Counted from the first letter of the whole stretch, positions 11,105 to 36,056 are shown. The stretch: 50,240 bases of DNA, filler included, from Sphacelaria rigidula (GCA_964200075.2; 3 parts of 3 records of this genome joined end to end with filler, not necessarily neighbours in it), one strand, 5' to 3'. Program-made: numbers and translations. The notes: a model not told the origin generated them from the sequence alone.

Positions 11105-13536
11105 AGACACACGTTCACGATGGCACTGAGGATGTCGAGCAGGAATTTCGAGGGGTCCGTGGTGATGCAGTCAAGATGGTGTGCGCCGGGGTGACTTTGG
11201 TCGTGTACGGTGATGAAATGGTAACCCCAACAATTCTCTTCAACCGGAAAAAAAATTGCGTTCGACTTGACTTTACTTGTTGACTGTTTTGTCCTTTGTA
11301 TGCAAATGTGCAATCGTTGTCTGTTTTTGTCTCTGATATTCGCGCTTTTTGTTGTGCGTACTGTTTCTTTCTTCCCCACATTTGTATATTGTAGCGGTTT
11401 GAATCCTTTTACTGAGAAATTCGCGACGACGTTACGCGTGTTTAGACGACCAGGCAAGCAAGGGCATATATAGAGATGGATAATTTTCAGAGGGTGTCAA
11501 TGTGCATTGCTTGAAATTTTGTCTGTTTTGTTTTTATTTATACTTGAGGCATTGGCGAATCCATTTGTCGATTGACACGTGACTCAAGTAAAGTGGATTT
11601 GGTTCAAACGTTTATCTTGGTATCCCCGAGATTTGAAGCTAGATTGATCATGATATTTAACTATCCAGCGAAGTGCCCTGTAGCATGTCCCGGAATGTCT
11701 TTTTCGAGCACGGAAACGAGTATTCACATCTGTGGCGAAAAGATCTTGGTGACGGGGTGCGAATTCGTGTCCTTGCCTTGGCTTGTGATGAAAGGGTCAT
11801 GTGTGGTCAGGATTTTGTCTCGAATTCTGTCGAATTCCGTAAGTATTGTCGACTTTGTTCTGGTTCACTTGTGGCAGCTGTAAGTAGCGCGTGGCACATA
11901 CTTGAACAGATGAGGCGTTTTCATAACACATGGCACGTTCCATCGTGTCGCGGGGGATCGCTTTTTTTTTTTTTCTCGTGTGGAAACCGGTTCCATGTCT
12001 TTCTCATGTCGCTGTTGCCTTGATACGTAAATATGAAGCACTGAGATTGTTTGAGACGATTAGTCCTTAGACGTCAACCCTTTGACAGCGAACGTGTCAA
12101 CTCTTGCCCATGTGTGCCCAAAGCGGACTCGCTTGTGACTCGGGCTTCATGCGCCAGTATGCTTTTCCAGGAAAACTCGAATGAAAATCGCCTCAACGAC
12201 GATTGCGTTGTGGATTTGTCCTGTGCCCACTAGCGAGGAACATGACCCCGAGGTTTCAACCTCTCCACCGCAGACGCGGGTCACCTGTTGAATCAGAATC
12301 ACTTGCACTTGAAACATTAATGAATGACCAGAATGACATATCCTCGCGGTCAAAGGGTGAACAGGCTTCCGTAGCCGCCTTTGAGAATAAGTGCGCAACT
12401 CAAGATACTGAAAATCCCGCCATCCTCGACCAAGGCCTCCTCTCCATAGCAGAGTTCAACAACGTTCAGTCGAAGTTTGTCTTCCGTCCACGCTCAATCT
12501 ACGAGCCCTCCCGACATATGGCAGCTGCAGAAAAATAAAAATAAAATCCTACTCTGGCCATCCCATTAAAATATACTTCTCGAGGGTCAAACACGGGAAC
12601 TCATGGATAAAAAATCGCGCACAGAGTATAACTGTATCGCAAGGACAAATTTACTACAAGTGGATACTGCCTCAGGTCTTCAGAGGCTTCTTCTTTCGCC
12701 TGTTAGCCAGCGCATCCTTGGCAGTTTGCGCCCGCTTGACGTATCCTTTCGACCGTTTCTGGCACACAGGACACACGAGACGTCAAGTGCGGCGGCAAAG
12801 GGAACAAATATTTTGTAAAGAGAGTTGCGGCCTGTCTCCATCGAGTACGTAAGCGCGCTCCTGTAACAAACACGAACCTCGACGGTGAGACGAGCAATCG
12901 ACGGTCGAAACGGCAGACGGGCATGGCGCAACAACAACCTCCGAGTATTGGTAGAAAGGTTGCCACTAGCAGCAGTGAGCTCGACATTGATCTGAACAAA
13001 AGAATATGGCAATACCCAAACGAAATATATGCACACAAGTTTCCGACGTCGCGGCGCAGTTGAGTACGGAAAATGATGGAGACGCTCCTCGCCCGACGAA
13101 GCAAATATTTCAAAGCGCAGTCAAATGGTCGCGGCGTTCTGTGGGCATTCCTCACCTGCTGCGTAACGGTCTTCGGAACGATCTGCAACACGTCTTCGTC
13201 CTGCAAGATGTGGCTGAGGCCACATCGCTGAGGGTCATGCTTAGTACTTCGCCCCCAAACCTGGGAGCAAAATGTCGTACATGCGTTATTCTCAAGAAAC
13301 CAAGTACATCGAAAACATTACCGACATTTTCCGAGCAAGAGAAGGCGGAGCGAAGAGCCGGCGAGCAATAACATACCGCGACGATGGCCTGTACACCACA
13401 AATACGTCCGCTGTGTTTCACAGCCCTGCCATAGTCACGTTCACTACTTCCATTCTGCATTTTTTCCTCAACCGCGGCAGGGGGCTGGCCGATGTAGGCA
13501 ACCATACGACCGCTTCCCATAGACTGAAGAAGATTC

Positions 13537-13953
13537 TCTCTGAGAACTGCCCTTTTGAACCTTTCATCACGGATTATTGGCGGAATACAGGCCATGGCAG
13601 ATTGGGCCTCCTCGGAAAGATTTGCTATATTTTCCACGAGGATTCCAGCGCGCTTGTCCGATCTTTCGTATGCCCAGTGTTACTTTTGGCCATTTCTAGA
13701 TTTTTTCCTCAAAAAAGTTCGAGTTGTTGGGAAAAAGTACGTGTCTTTTTCTCGACAACTCGAAGTTTTTTGGGGCGACTGAAACAATTCAGAATTTCGG
13801 TCAGAAGTAAAACTGCGTGTACAAACAATCGGAAAAGTGCGCTAGAATCCTCGTGAAAAATATAGCAAATCTTCCCGACGAGGCCAAATCCGCCAAGGCC
13901 CGTATTCCGCCAATAATCCGTGATGAAAGGTTAACGAGGGCAGTTCTCAGAGA
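13537..13953. mobile_element. ~417-bp foldback (whole-length palindromic) MITE
   Basis: TCTCTGAGAACTGCCC...CCTTTCATCACGGATTATTGGCGGAATAC arms pair, imperfectly, all the way to the centre near 13741 (GAAAAAG / CTTTTTC). Confidence 0.85.
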
Positions 13954-14522
13954 TGATATGTTTCAGTTCACCAGAAGCCGCTTGACAAAGAAGCGACACT
14001 GTGCATTTCAGTGCAATCGTTGTGGTTCTATGGTCAACACATCGCCATGATAACCCCGTTGATCGAAGCCCGACTCGGTGGATATCCTAAATAAGGAAGA
14101 TGAAACATCTGCCTACTGCCGATGAAGACAGGTGAAAAGCAACGCTGTCGGTCGGTAACATTCCCATGAATGTCCGTGAAACTCGACTGAAGTGCAGTTT
14201 GTGGACAACGTCTCGCACCAGGGCATAGTTGAATACGTCGATCATCTCCCTGGAGATGTGCTGCGCCGCCGCCTTCACGTTGGTGCCGCTCCGCTCCGAG
14301 CTGAGGATGACAGGATCCACGAAATCCGGCGGATGGCCTCTGCGCTTCGTGAAAATACGGATGAGTCCCATGAAGTCCCACATCTTCGCCTGTTCATGCA
14401 AACCATATACATCCAATGTTATCGCGTGGGGCAAGTAAGAGACGGGTGACGGATACACAGCGTACCATGGAGAGATTCATGATTCATGAGGAGAGGGGGC
14501 ACCGGGGGGAGGGGGAGGGGGA

Positions 14523-14954
14523 GGGGGTATTCATTCGTTACTCGCCTCAGTCATTCGGCCATTGACCACGCATCCCTTTCGAAACGGAGCACCACTCCTA
14601 CTCCTCATGGAGACACCAACACTTGAGCGCTCACGACGTTTCTTGCATACACTACACAAAAAAACTTATACATATCCCATCCTCTTCCTATTCCACCGTC
14701 TGTGGCCACCATACATCTTCTAGCATGGCCATCGTTTCTCCCTACAATCCAATGTACAAAACGATGCCATGCCACCTTCGCTTACTCCCCACATTTTCCC
14801 CCGTCAACACGTCCCGTTCCTCCTTGTGTAGATCACTCTCCCCCATTATGAATTCTACTCTCTACTCCATTGCCACAGCGGCAATCCTGTGCATCTACTT
14901 TCTCCTCCACCCGACCTCTGGTATATTTAGTTCTTTCTGGCAGGTCCAGGTCCC
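14523..14954 (+). repeat. Dispersed ~440-bp repeat, copy 2
   Basis: Homologous to 2364-2805; a further head-only copy follows at ~14995-15068. Confidence 0.8.
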
Positions 14955-15631
14955 GGGGGGCGGACGGTGGTGGACGGTGATGGGTGGGTGGGTGGGGGGA
15001 GCGTACTCATGTGTTGCTTGCCTTCGTCGTTTGACCCTTGACCACGCACCCCTTTCGAGACGGAGCGGTGGGGGGTGGGGGGAACGGGCAGCCCAGCGTC
15101 TGCCCCAAACTCTAATGAAACCGGCACGGCGACGTTTGCGTTCCGCCCCACATCCGTCTTCTTATCCCCAGGATGGACACACAATCAGTCACGTACAGCT
15201 CAACGACTACACGGCGCGCATCACACGATGAGCATCAAAGCCGCACACGATGACTGCAGCCCACCAGCGGTCAACGTCATACTTATTTATTTTTGGTCGA
15301 CGGCGGTTTTCAGGTTCCTTTTGATACGATCATGCGTCACCCTATACGCTTGATTTCAACATTTGGGGATCAACAGATACCGGTACTTCACGCTCATCCT
15401 CGAGGTAATTGTATCTTCACCGTCAACTTTGAAACAGTTCACGGCTGCCCGGTCATGAGCGGTTCTGTTAGGAGCTCAAAGGGTACACAGCCTCGGCTTT
15501 TGGCTGTTGAATAATTCGGTTCATCAAAATAGCCTCGGTTATATGGAATTCAATATATCCCTCGCCCTTTATCGAAAAAAGCGATTTGACACCAGAAGTG
15601 GTTACTATTTTCCGTGACCCCCCCTCCGTGG

Positions 15632-15740
15632 TGAGCCTGGACCGGCGAAAACCTGGCGTGGTCGCGTCCCGGCCTTGTATGGATGCGAGGTTAACGCTCT
15701 CATCACTGCGACATGCAAGATCGTGAGTACACCCCCCCCC
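15632..15740 (-). repeat. Shared repeat head (GGGG-GTACTC...CCTCGCATCC...CACGCC)
   Basis: Reverse-complement match to 16972-17072 and 33377-33461. Confidence 0.75.
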
Positions 15741-16681
15741 TCCTTTCGCCCCCGACGACACAAGCTTGGGAGAGGGAGATATCTCCTGCGGATGTACATT
15801 TTTTTGTTCATGCCAATATCTACCGATATCACGAGCTGGGCCAGCCTAAAAACAAGCTCGAGCATTGCAGGCGATTGAGGAGCCTCGGTTTTGAGAGTTG
15901 TGCTTTCAGATTTGGGGTGGATGATCGAGTAAGGACGTAATAAAATAAGTCACGGAAAGGCGTTGGGATATTTTTCATGAGACAACGATGAAAAATAGCA
16001 TCCATTTTCACAATAAGCATCCGCACTCACGAAAAAGAAATGTCAAGATCTTTCCGCAACCATTACATTCTTGCGATTTCTCTACACAATATTGCAAATC
16101 ACACCTCTGAAAACTGAGCTGCCAAGTCCACATTTCGCGTAGTTGGTGCAATGTACTGAATTTAGTATGGAATATTGTTATCGCCACATCTCTCGCTAGA
16201 AAACGAATGAGGTGAAGGTGACCGATCGATGGTTTCCTCCTGCCCCAAGGAACATTCACACCAAATTTCAGCACCATCCGCTGACTGTATTGTGACAGGG
16301 GTTTCGTATAGACTTTGGTACCGAGATATACCGAAGGTCAGGGGATTTCCTCGACAAAGTGTTGTACAACAAACAAGAAGGCATCAAACAGAGCTGCTGA
16401 GTAGACGGTCATCTGCTCTTTGATTAGACGATTTGACGACATGTGCCGATCACAGCCCAACTCGTCGACGTCAATCAGATATGGGTATGACAGTTCAAAT
16501 CCGTTTTCAGGCTGGTCCAGCTCGCAGAGTTCTCGAGTGCAAAAGAGAGTACTATTCGGGGAGAGATTTCCCGATCGAGTGAAATCATATTTCAAATATA
16601 TATGCACATATATATTTTTCATACGTCGGACGAGCACGAGTGTCACTCGTGGCACTCGTGCTCGTTGGGCTGCTCGTTGGC

Positions 16682-16781
16682 NNNNNNNNNNNNNNNNNNN
16701 NNNNNNNNNNNNNNNNNNNNNNNNNTTAATTAATTAANNNNNNNNNNNNNNNNNNNNNNNNNNNNNNNNNNNNNNNNNNNN
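16682..16781. other. Assembly gap with TTAATTAATTAA linker
   Basis: N-run / TTAATTAATTAA / N-run; an identical structure occurs at 33462-33561. Confidence 0.97.
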
Positions 16782-16971
16782 CCTAGGGATTGATTCGTAC
16801 GATTTGAATCAATTACACTAAAAGCAAGTAATTTTAGGCGAATCATTGATTTGTCCGACCCTCGCAATATTGTCAAAGGATTGGATCTATGGTAGTAATT
16901 GTGCTCGTTCGCCACCGTGTTCGGTCGACGATCTGTGAGTGCTACAACGTCTCCAACGGCGTCGAAACGGT

Positions 16972-17072
16972 GGCGTACTCGTGATCATGCATGCCATAGT
17001 CATAAGACCGTTGACCTCGCATCCCTACAAAACCAGGATGGAGCACGCCGGGTTTTCGCCGGACCAGGCTCG
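16972..17072 (+). repeat. Shared repeat head
   Basis: GATCATGCATGCCATAGTCATAAGACCGTTGACCTCGCATCCCTACAAAACCAGGATGGAGCACGCCGGGTTTTCGCCGGACCAGG. Confidence 0.85.
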
Positions 17073-18293
17073 AGGTGGGGGGGAGGGCAGAAGGGGAGAC
17101 GGTGAAAATCGATCAATTCATCGATTGCCGCATATTACTTGTTAGACGGGCCATTTTTTTCTGTCCTTTCCTTTCTTTTTTTTTCTATTTGTCCGTTTTT
17201 TTGGTTTGTTTGCGTCTTAGTCTACTATGTCGTTCTGTCGACCTTTCATGTTCAGTCTTGTTTGTGCCGGGTACGTCTATCTTGTGACCACGGCTGGATC
17301 ATGACTCCTGGGGGATCAGTTGAAGCGCGACAATCAATCAATCAATCAATCAATAACTGATCTTCCGCGAATGGAGCAGTGGCCACGGGATAGAAGGATC
17401 CAGGGTGAATTTCGACGGAAACAGTCGCCAGAGGAAACTCGAGAAGTGGGAACAATAAGTTTAAGAAGTCAACAAGATGAGTACACAACTTTAGGAAAGT
17501 TCACGCGTTTTACTTCTGCGCCACGTATATACAGTCACTCTCGGCCGTTTGACAGTAGGGTGAAAAATTGCGCACACTTCACAATTTAATGAAAGTTTCA
17601 GTGGCTCGATTGTACAAGCTTGAAGACAAAACACAGGAGGATGAAGAACATAAGATCACGACGTCGATTTGGAAATAAGGTAAACATTTGCGGACACTTC
17701 ACAATTTTTTTATATGAAAGGTTCAGTAGCTCAATCATGTCTGAGAGTTTGAAGATAACACAGGAGGGTGGAAAGCATAGGGTCACGGCGTTCAGCGGTG
17801 CCTTGGCCCTTCCTTCGAGCTCTCTCAGGCGTGTCCATCTGTTACAATCAGCATCATGGGGCACCTCGCTTGATACATGTGACTTTTTTCAGGTACTACT
17901 ACTGTATTTTGTCCGCATATTTTTGCTCGTAACCAAATCGGTCAACAACAACTACCACGCGTTCAAAAATCGGCGGTTCTCTTCTTCTGACCCCACATTT
18001 ACGGTATCTCTGCGCACACCATCCTCGTCTGTCCCCGCGATCGATCGCATGCCCGCGTCCATGTGCGAGTTGATGCTGCCGTTTCTTCAGGTAAGTCATC
18101 TTCCCGGAGCATCACATCGCATATGGCGTAGTACTCAAGGGCGGGTCGTGCCACCTTCCAAAGCGTTGGCAGACTCTCCTCATTATACCGGAGTGGTGCT
18201 ACGGGTAGGGGTGCACTCATGTTTTCCGAGGTTCGAATTGCCAGGAGAGCCCTCTATCTCATCCAAATATTATGTGAAAGCACGCCATGATTA

Positions 18294-18598
18294 ATATTCA
18301 AATGGGTTAGGAATATCCCGAATGGGTGTTTGAAAAAAAGGTAACAGAGTTTCGGACAACGCTTTTTGGTCATTTCAGAGTGCAAATATCTCAGGATCAG
18401 AGTGTAACGAAAAATTATTTCCCCCTCCGTCAAATATGGTGTCCCCTCAACGTTTTCTCGATGAGATGTTTTTTCTTATTCTGCACTCCGATCCCGAGAT
18501 ATTTGCACTCTAAAATGGCAAAAAAGCGTTTTCCGAAACTCTCTGATGTCTCGACCCATGTTCTTGTGTAGCTCATATCTTCAGGAGCCCTTGAATAT
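18294..18598. mobile_element. Foldback MITE
   Basis: Inverted arms TTTCGGACAACGCTTTTTGGTCATTTCAGAGTGCAAATATCTC (~18350-18414) versus ~18471-18538; outer ATATTCAA / TTGAATAT. Confidence 0.7.
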
Positions 18599-20457
18599 GA
18601 GAAAGATCTGGGCCCGAATATGCAACCCCTACCGTGCAGTAGCATGACTCACCGCTGTTTGGGACGGCCGTCCATATTTCCGACAAAACGCTGCAGGTAC
18701 TCATTTTCCACCTTACCAACCACTACGCTCTCATTTTTGCACTTCGAGAGTGGCGGACGGGCAGCGCCAGCAGCACTACCACCTACGGAGGCCAAGGACC
18801 CTCTGCGAGTCATACTCCACTACCCCCCAACTATGCCGAATGCGGCGGGAATCGCACAGAATCTGATCGCAGCGCTGAGATGGGTGGCGATCAGGCCAAA
18901 TTTGTGCGAAGCAAAGCGGCAGTCGGAGTGGATGATGATACAAGTGCGGGGTGGACGAGGCAGTTGCTCACGGCGAAAAGGGGACAGCGACCCGCGACGT
19001 GGATAGAGTTCGAGGCGGCAAGGCGCACCATGCTCAGTTGGGAGGGGTACAAGATTATTGCGATCCAGCGCGGCAGAGGGACGTCTGCGCCTCCTGCTTC
19101 ATCTTGATTCCCTCTGCGATTGACGCCCGTTTGATTCTTGTAGCTGTTGATTACTGATTGCTGAGTGTGTGTGTTTAGGGCCCATTCTTCTTCGCGGATG
19201 AGTTTTCTCTGCCGAGAGGTATGAATTCTTGATTCCGTGATCAGCAACGGGAATTATTTTCTTTACGTATATATGTATATATGTATATATATTGCGTCGC
19301 CACTGACGATTTGGTCAATAACAGGCCCACCACCAGAAGTGTAATAGCTTTTGCTTCATCCTTTATATTCAGGTGCAACCAAATTGGCACATACATGCCG
19401 CGAAAGCAGACGACTTCTCCCAGGGACTCTTCACTCCCAACAACGTTTTCGTGAGATTGAGAGTAGAGCGCTGATTGAGAGAGTCTTTGATCAGTCGCTT
19501 CAACTTACTCAAAAAAAATTTCCGTGTGTGCTCTTCTTGGCCTTCTGTATCATTGGCGTGTGCTTAGAGCTACACGTCGTTATGCTACTCAGGTGTATCA
19601 AGAGCCTCAGTAGCAAGCTTCTACAGAAAGCATATCGGGCCTAGCGGAGTAGCATTCCGACACTGGAACGATTCATCTACCAATCGACCGCTCTTCACTC
19701 TCAATCGTGTTTGCCGCCCTAAATCTCACGAGAACATTGTTTTCTTCAGAGGTAGTCATCGCGATAATCCGAAGGTGAAAAGCGAAGGCACTTTTGCCGC
19801 TTCCTTTCATGTCGAAGTGAACCAGGTATATTCCGTGTGCGCGTGGCACAGCCATGCCAAGAGCACGTCCCGTACACTCCATCCCTGGACAACAACAAAA
19901 ACATGGTTTACCGGTACGTACTCATCTCGAAACATAACTTGTTGACAGCTTCAATTAGAATAATACTAATAATAGCGTACGATCTTGTGAAGCGGTAGCT
20001 GGGGGCGAGCAATCGAAAAACCGTGGTTGCACAGCATGCCGAACCGCAAGCCGCCACATGTTTGCGCACTCTCAACTAACGGCGACCTCACGATATAACA
20101 CTGTTATGGATCAAAACATCTTCCCCTTAATTTTTTTTCTTGCTCGGAGGCCAATCATCGATCCTCCGACGTGGAAATCCACCAAACTCACGACCGCAAA
20201 CATTGGATACCCATTAACGAGCTCTTGACGGACACCCGATCAAAAGACGCACATTTCAACCAGACACCGAGTCATCCCTCATGACCACCGCACGGGAATA
20301 TCCAACCAACAGGCATCCTTGAAACCAAGATCGAATCCACCCCCCGAATCGGACGTCTCATCAAGACGTCACTTGACCGTCTGGCATATCACGGATCGGA
20401 AGCATGAGTCCCTCCCACCCCACTGGACTCCCTTTCCCTCGAAGAACGAAAAACGGC

Positions 20458-32124
<11,667 letters not shown>

Positions 32125-33376
32125 AGCTCAACCACTAACCTGCCCTGTGAGGCTCCTGTCCAAGTGAGAAGCTCGTGAGAAGTGATGTTATCATCGTGCT
32201 GGTATTCCGTATTTTTCTTTTTTATATTGATATCAGGTAAGCATGTTCAGACCTGTTTGCGGTGTTCAGCAGATCTTTATGGTAGTAGAGAAAGCGCGAT
32301 AAGTTCAACAAGAATGGCAAAATCAGAGGCATGGACACAGAATTTTATGACACCATTCTTTCATCTAAAGGACGTGATGAATCAACCAGTTTTCATGTAT
32401 CCCCCCTCACATGATAAGACGTTTCCATAATAACCAAATCACGCAGATTCCAATGGATACTGACAGTGTGATAAGTTCCCACAAGTAGATATCTCCTCTG
32501 GGTATCTGGTAGACGAACAGGCAAGGGTAGTGGGGCAGGCCTGCAGCTAGAGTGAGAGAAAAAGATAGATATATGTACGACCTCGATGGCGCTGCATTAT
32601 CTGGATGCCTCTTGGCATCGTTGCTGAATGAAGCAGTGTCTCCGTACGCCGGTCCTGACCAACGAGCGGTGGGTGTCTTAATCGTCCTGCCCAGACGAGT
32701 TGGTGCAAACAGCACGACAGTAACACTATTTATGGTATATTCACGAAGGAACAGCCAACGCGGAAGGTACAGCAGTTTTCTCGTACTGATGTTGGTGTGT
32801 GCACTTAGCCGTAGTTTAAGAGAGGACGATGGACTGCTACCGATATTGGGATAGGATATACGAGGAACATATTGCAGTGAAGTCAGCATTGCAGTATGCT
32901 ACTCTCTCGATGTACTCGTAGTCGTCAGCTGTTGTAAATCGACTGACAGCTGCCTGAAGATTCGAATGTCCCACCCAGCCGCTCGGTGCTTGCGGCACAA
33001 CTCTCGAATAATACAGTACGGTCTTGCGCGAAAATAAAAAAATACATATCGGAATGCCCGCCCAGTATTTGTGACTGCCCGCACTTGGCCCGCACACAAA
33101 GGTCACTTTTACACGGAAACTCTGATTTTGCATTTCTCGACCGTGGGTACAGTCACCACCATGAAACTTGGTGCACTAGTTGGACACAACACAGGTAGTA
33201 TGTGCACCAAGTTTCAGCTCCTTTCGGCCAACTAGCAAATCAAACCAAGCAAATACCGATGTACCGTCGATAGGCCCTCAAAACGGCTATCTCGAGCCCA
33301 CCATGCTGCATACCCATACCCTACAGCACTGCAGACCGTCAGGATGGATCAACCCCAGACTCGAGTGATGGCTCGA

Positions 33377-33461
33377 GGGGGTGTATTTATGATCATGCAT
33401 ACCATAGTCATAAGACCATTGACCTCGCATCTCTACAAAGCCGGGACGGAGCACACCGGGT
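33377..33461 (+). repeat. Shared repeat head, truncated by the gap
   Basis: Near-identical to 16972-17052. Confidence 0.85.
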
Positions 33462-33561
33462 NNNNNNNNNNNNNNNNNNNNNNNNNNNNNNNNNNNNNNN
33501 NNNNNTTAATTAATTAANNNNNNNNNNNNNNNNNNNNNNNNNNNNNNNNNNNNNNNNNNNN
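33462..33561. other. Assembly gap with TTAATTAATTAA linker
   Basis: Same linker as 16682-16781. Confidence 0.97.
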
Positions 33562-33635
33562 AGATCGCTCCGGGAATCGAACCCCCCAACTCAACCATCA
33601 GAAGGTTACGAGGTTACCAACTGAGCCACACAATG
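33562..33635 (-). mobile_element. tRNA-derived SINE head / tRNA pseudogene
   Basis: Minus strand TGGCTCAGTTGGT (A box) ... AACC-TTCTGAT-GGTT anticodon-like arm (CTG) ... GGTTCGATTCCC (B box); no acceptor-stem pairing; runs into the gap. Confidence 0.7.
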
Positions 33636-35515
33636 CGACGTAAAAAGGACTTCAGCGACGTGCAGCTTTGTACTACCTGCACTGTCCATGGGGGTGGACG
33701 CAACTCGGTTGCCCACCACACCACGCAGTTCCGTCGCTGATCCCTACCATGAGAGGAGATGCGCAAGTTTTCGCCAACAAAAAAATAAGCAAAGCACACC
33801 CGACTACTGCAGTGTATATATATCCCTGGGCTCAACTCGTGCTCTATCCTGCAAAGTTGCGGTGGTAGCTAAGAATGAGTTGGATGGAGTTTGCATGGTC
33901 CTGTGGACAGGTATTATCTGGCGTGGTGGTCTGTAAGATAGGAGTCAACTGCCGCTTCGTTCCTTTCGACCGCATGTTTTCGATCGAAAGCGATTGTTTT
34001 TCACCTCGACCTATTCTTCTCCGCGCGCCGCTAATTATAATTTGGAGTTGAAGCCTTCTAGGAACATGAATGCGGTGGATTTATCAGACCGGCAAAAAAT
34101 AATCGACCGCACTTTTTCGATCGGAAATAAAAGGTGCTGAGACACGCCTCGACCGTGGTTTTTGAACGAAGAGTGGAGATGCCATTGGTGATTCGAAGAG
34201 TTAGGCCGATTCTTCCGGTTCGTTTTCTCCCCCCGTTTTTTGCAACAAATTATGAGAAAGAAAGACCGCTAGGAAAATACTATGAGAGGTGTTAGCCCTA
34301 GCTCATCGTCGCAGATACATTTTTGAGCGAGGTGTGGTACCAAAAGAGTGGGGAGGTACCAAAAGTACGGTCAGCGGGATTCAAAGGGGTGTGCACGCCA
34401 AGGCGAGGTACAACGACCTGAAGACTTCGCCATGCCAAGCTTCCTGTGTTTGTGTAAGAAGACGTGAAACATAGGCTTCCCCGATCGCTGCTGGCCCAGC
34501 TAGCACTGTGTGCAAACTGACATATTCAATCTATATTGCCGTATCCCGTGTGCGGCAGTACAGACAGTAGTACTGTACTGTCTATTACTCTGTCCTGCAC
34601 TCCTCCACATCATTTTTAGTGCAGCCGTTGTATATTACCGTCTCCAACCTGACATGTGCGCATGTATACTTCCGTATGCGGCAGGTAGAACAGGCAGTAT
34701 CGTACAGCTTAGTTATGTCTGTACTGCACGTTGCCCACAGCATTTTTAATGCAGCCGCTGTACTACTATACTGGCAAACTAACATTTCCATCCTACTGTA
34801 CTACTGTTGAATGCGGCAGTACAAGCCATGCACTGTCTGCACTACACGTCGTCCGAATCATTTCCGACAGTCGCTGGGTGCAGCATGGCATGTGGACCCT
34901 ACTGTTCAATGCGGCAGTGTAGACAGTATACTACTGCCTGGTGTTGTCTGTATTGCACGTTATCCACATATTTCACGTTGTACGCATCATCTTTACTACA
35001 ACCGTACGTACTACGGTTGCGTGAAAACTGACACCTACAACTCACTGCATAAGACAGCACAGACAGTATCCTGTGACCTCTGCGCTGGGTACTGTCTGTG
35101 CTGCAGGTTTTCGAGAGCACGGTCGATGCCAATAGATCATCAACCCTTGGCGACATCTCGTGCACGCCGGGATGGCGAAGCAAATTTCAGTGTAGTGTGC
35201 AAACGGCGCTGGGGATGTTCGACATTGATGTCAGAAGAGCCCCGCAGATGTCGAAGGGCACAAACATATTCAGGGCTGGCGGGCGTTGCTAGTCTCGCCG
35301 CGCCGCGAATGAAAAAAACGAGAGAAAGATACAAGTCGATATCGTCTCGTACTTTAAAAAAAGGCAAGCCAGGAGGGCCCATGTCGTAAAATTTCCCTCG
35401 TCTTGTATTTTGTTTCCGAGAATCTTGTGGAAAAAACGAACCGTAAGTAGCAATCTTGTATTTTTCCGTCGTTATTTGCAAAATGAGGGGAAAAAACGAA
35501 CGAGATGAATCGGCC

Positions 35516-36056
35516 TTGGGCGCTGAAATTTTGACACGACATTTTTATCATCAACCTGCGCAACCCTATTGGGGGTACAGAGTACAAAGGAAAAAACAGA
35601 CAAACATGAAGTTAGAGCGAGTTAAAGTTTTAGCAGAAACATGGAAAATGCTATAACTTCCTTGAAAAATGACAAAAACGACAACACTCCAGCACATACG
35701 GACACTCGCGTCAACGACATTCTGGTAAAGTTTCGGCCCCAAATACTTCAAATTGGGCGCGGCATCGCACTTTTCGTGTGACACGGCCGCGCCCATGTAA
35801 TTCACGGGATCCATGAGACTCCAATTAGGAGGTCATGAGTTCAAATCCCGACATATCCTCTCATGTTTTCGTCCGTCGTTAAGGTTATATCATGCAGTAC
35901 ATTTTTTCAGTGATTTTTCTTTATTCAGCGGCGATGCCGTGTGTTACCAGGTTCGTCTGCACTTCACAGCGATATGCTCAATTCGCGCTTATGTGGAAAA
36001 CTTGAGAAGTCTAGGTGTGGTAGGCGCATGCGGGATTTACTGCTATCCCAGCTCGT
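35516..36056 (+). repeat. ~540-bp dispersed repeat (inverted copy at 45333-45851)
   Basis: For example TTCAGCGGCGATGCCGTGTGTTACCAGGTT.GTCTGCACTTCACAGCGATATGCTC is shared in opposite orientation. Confidence 0.85.

Noticed and set aside
16726-16737. TTAATTAATTAA motif (also 33506-33517)
   Set aside because: Artificial scaffold linker embedded in N runs.
17620-18294. 224-aa ORF
   Set aside because: Non-ATG start, atypical composition, no motif; the opposite-strand fragments were also unidentifiable.
32407-32889. Upstream ORF as an extra MetAP2 coding exon
   Set aside because: An in-frame stop lies just before the ATG at 32124; at most this is 5' UTR or promoter sequence.
34500-35100. Cys/Tyr-rich ORFs in TACTG/CAGTA-rich tracts (also ~37490-37760 and ~45060-45250)
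   Set aside because: Low-complexity non-coding sequence.
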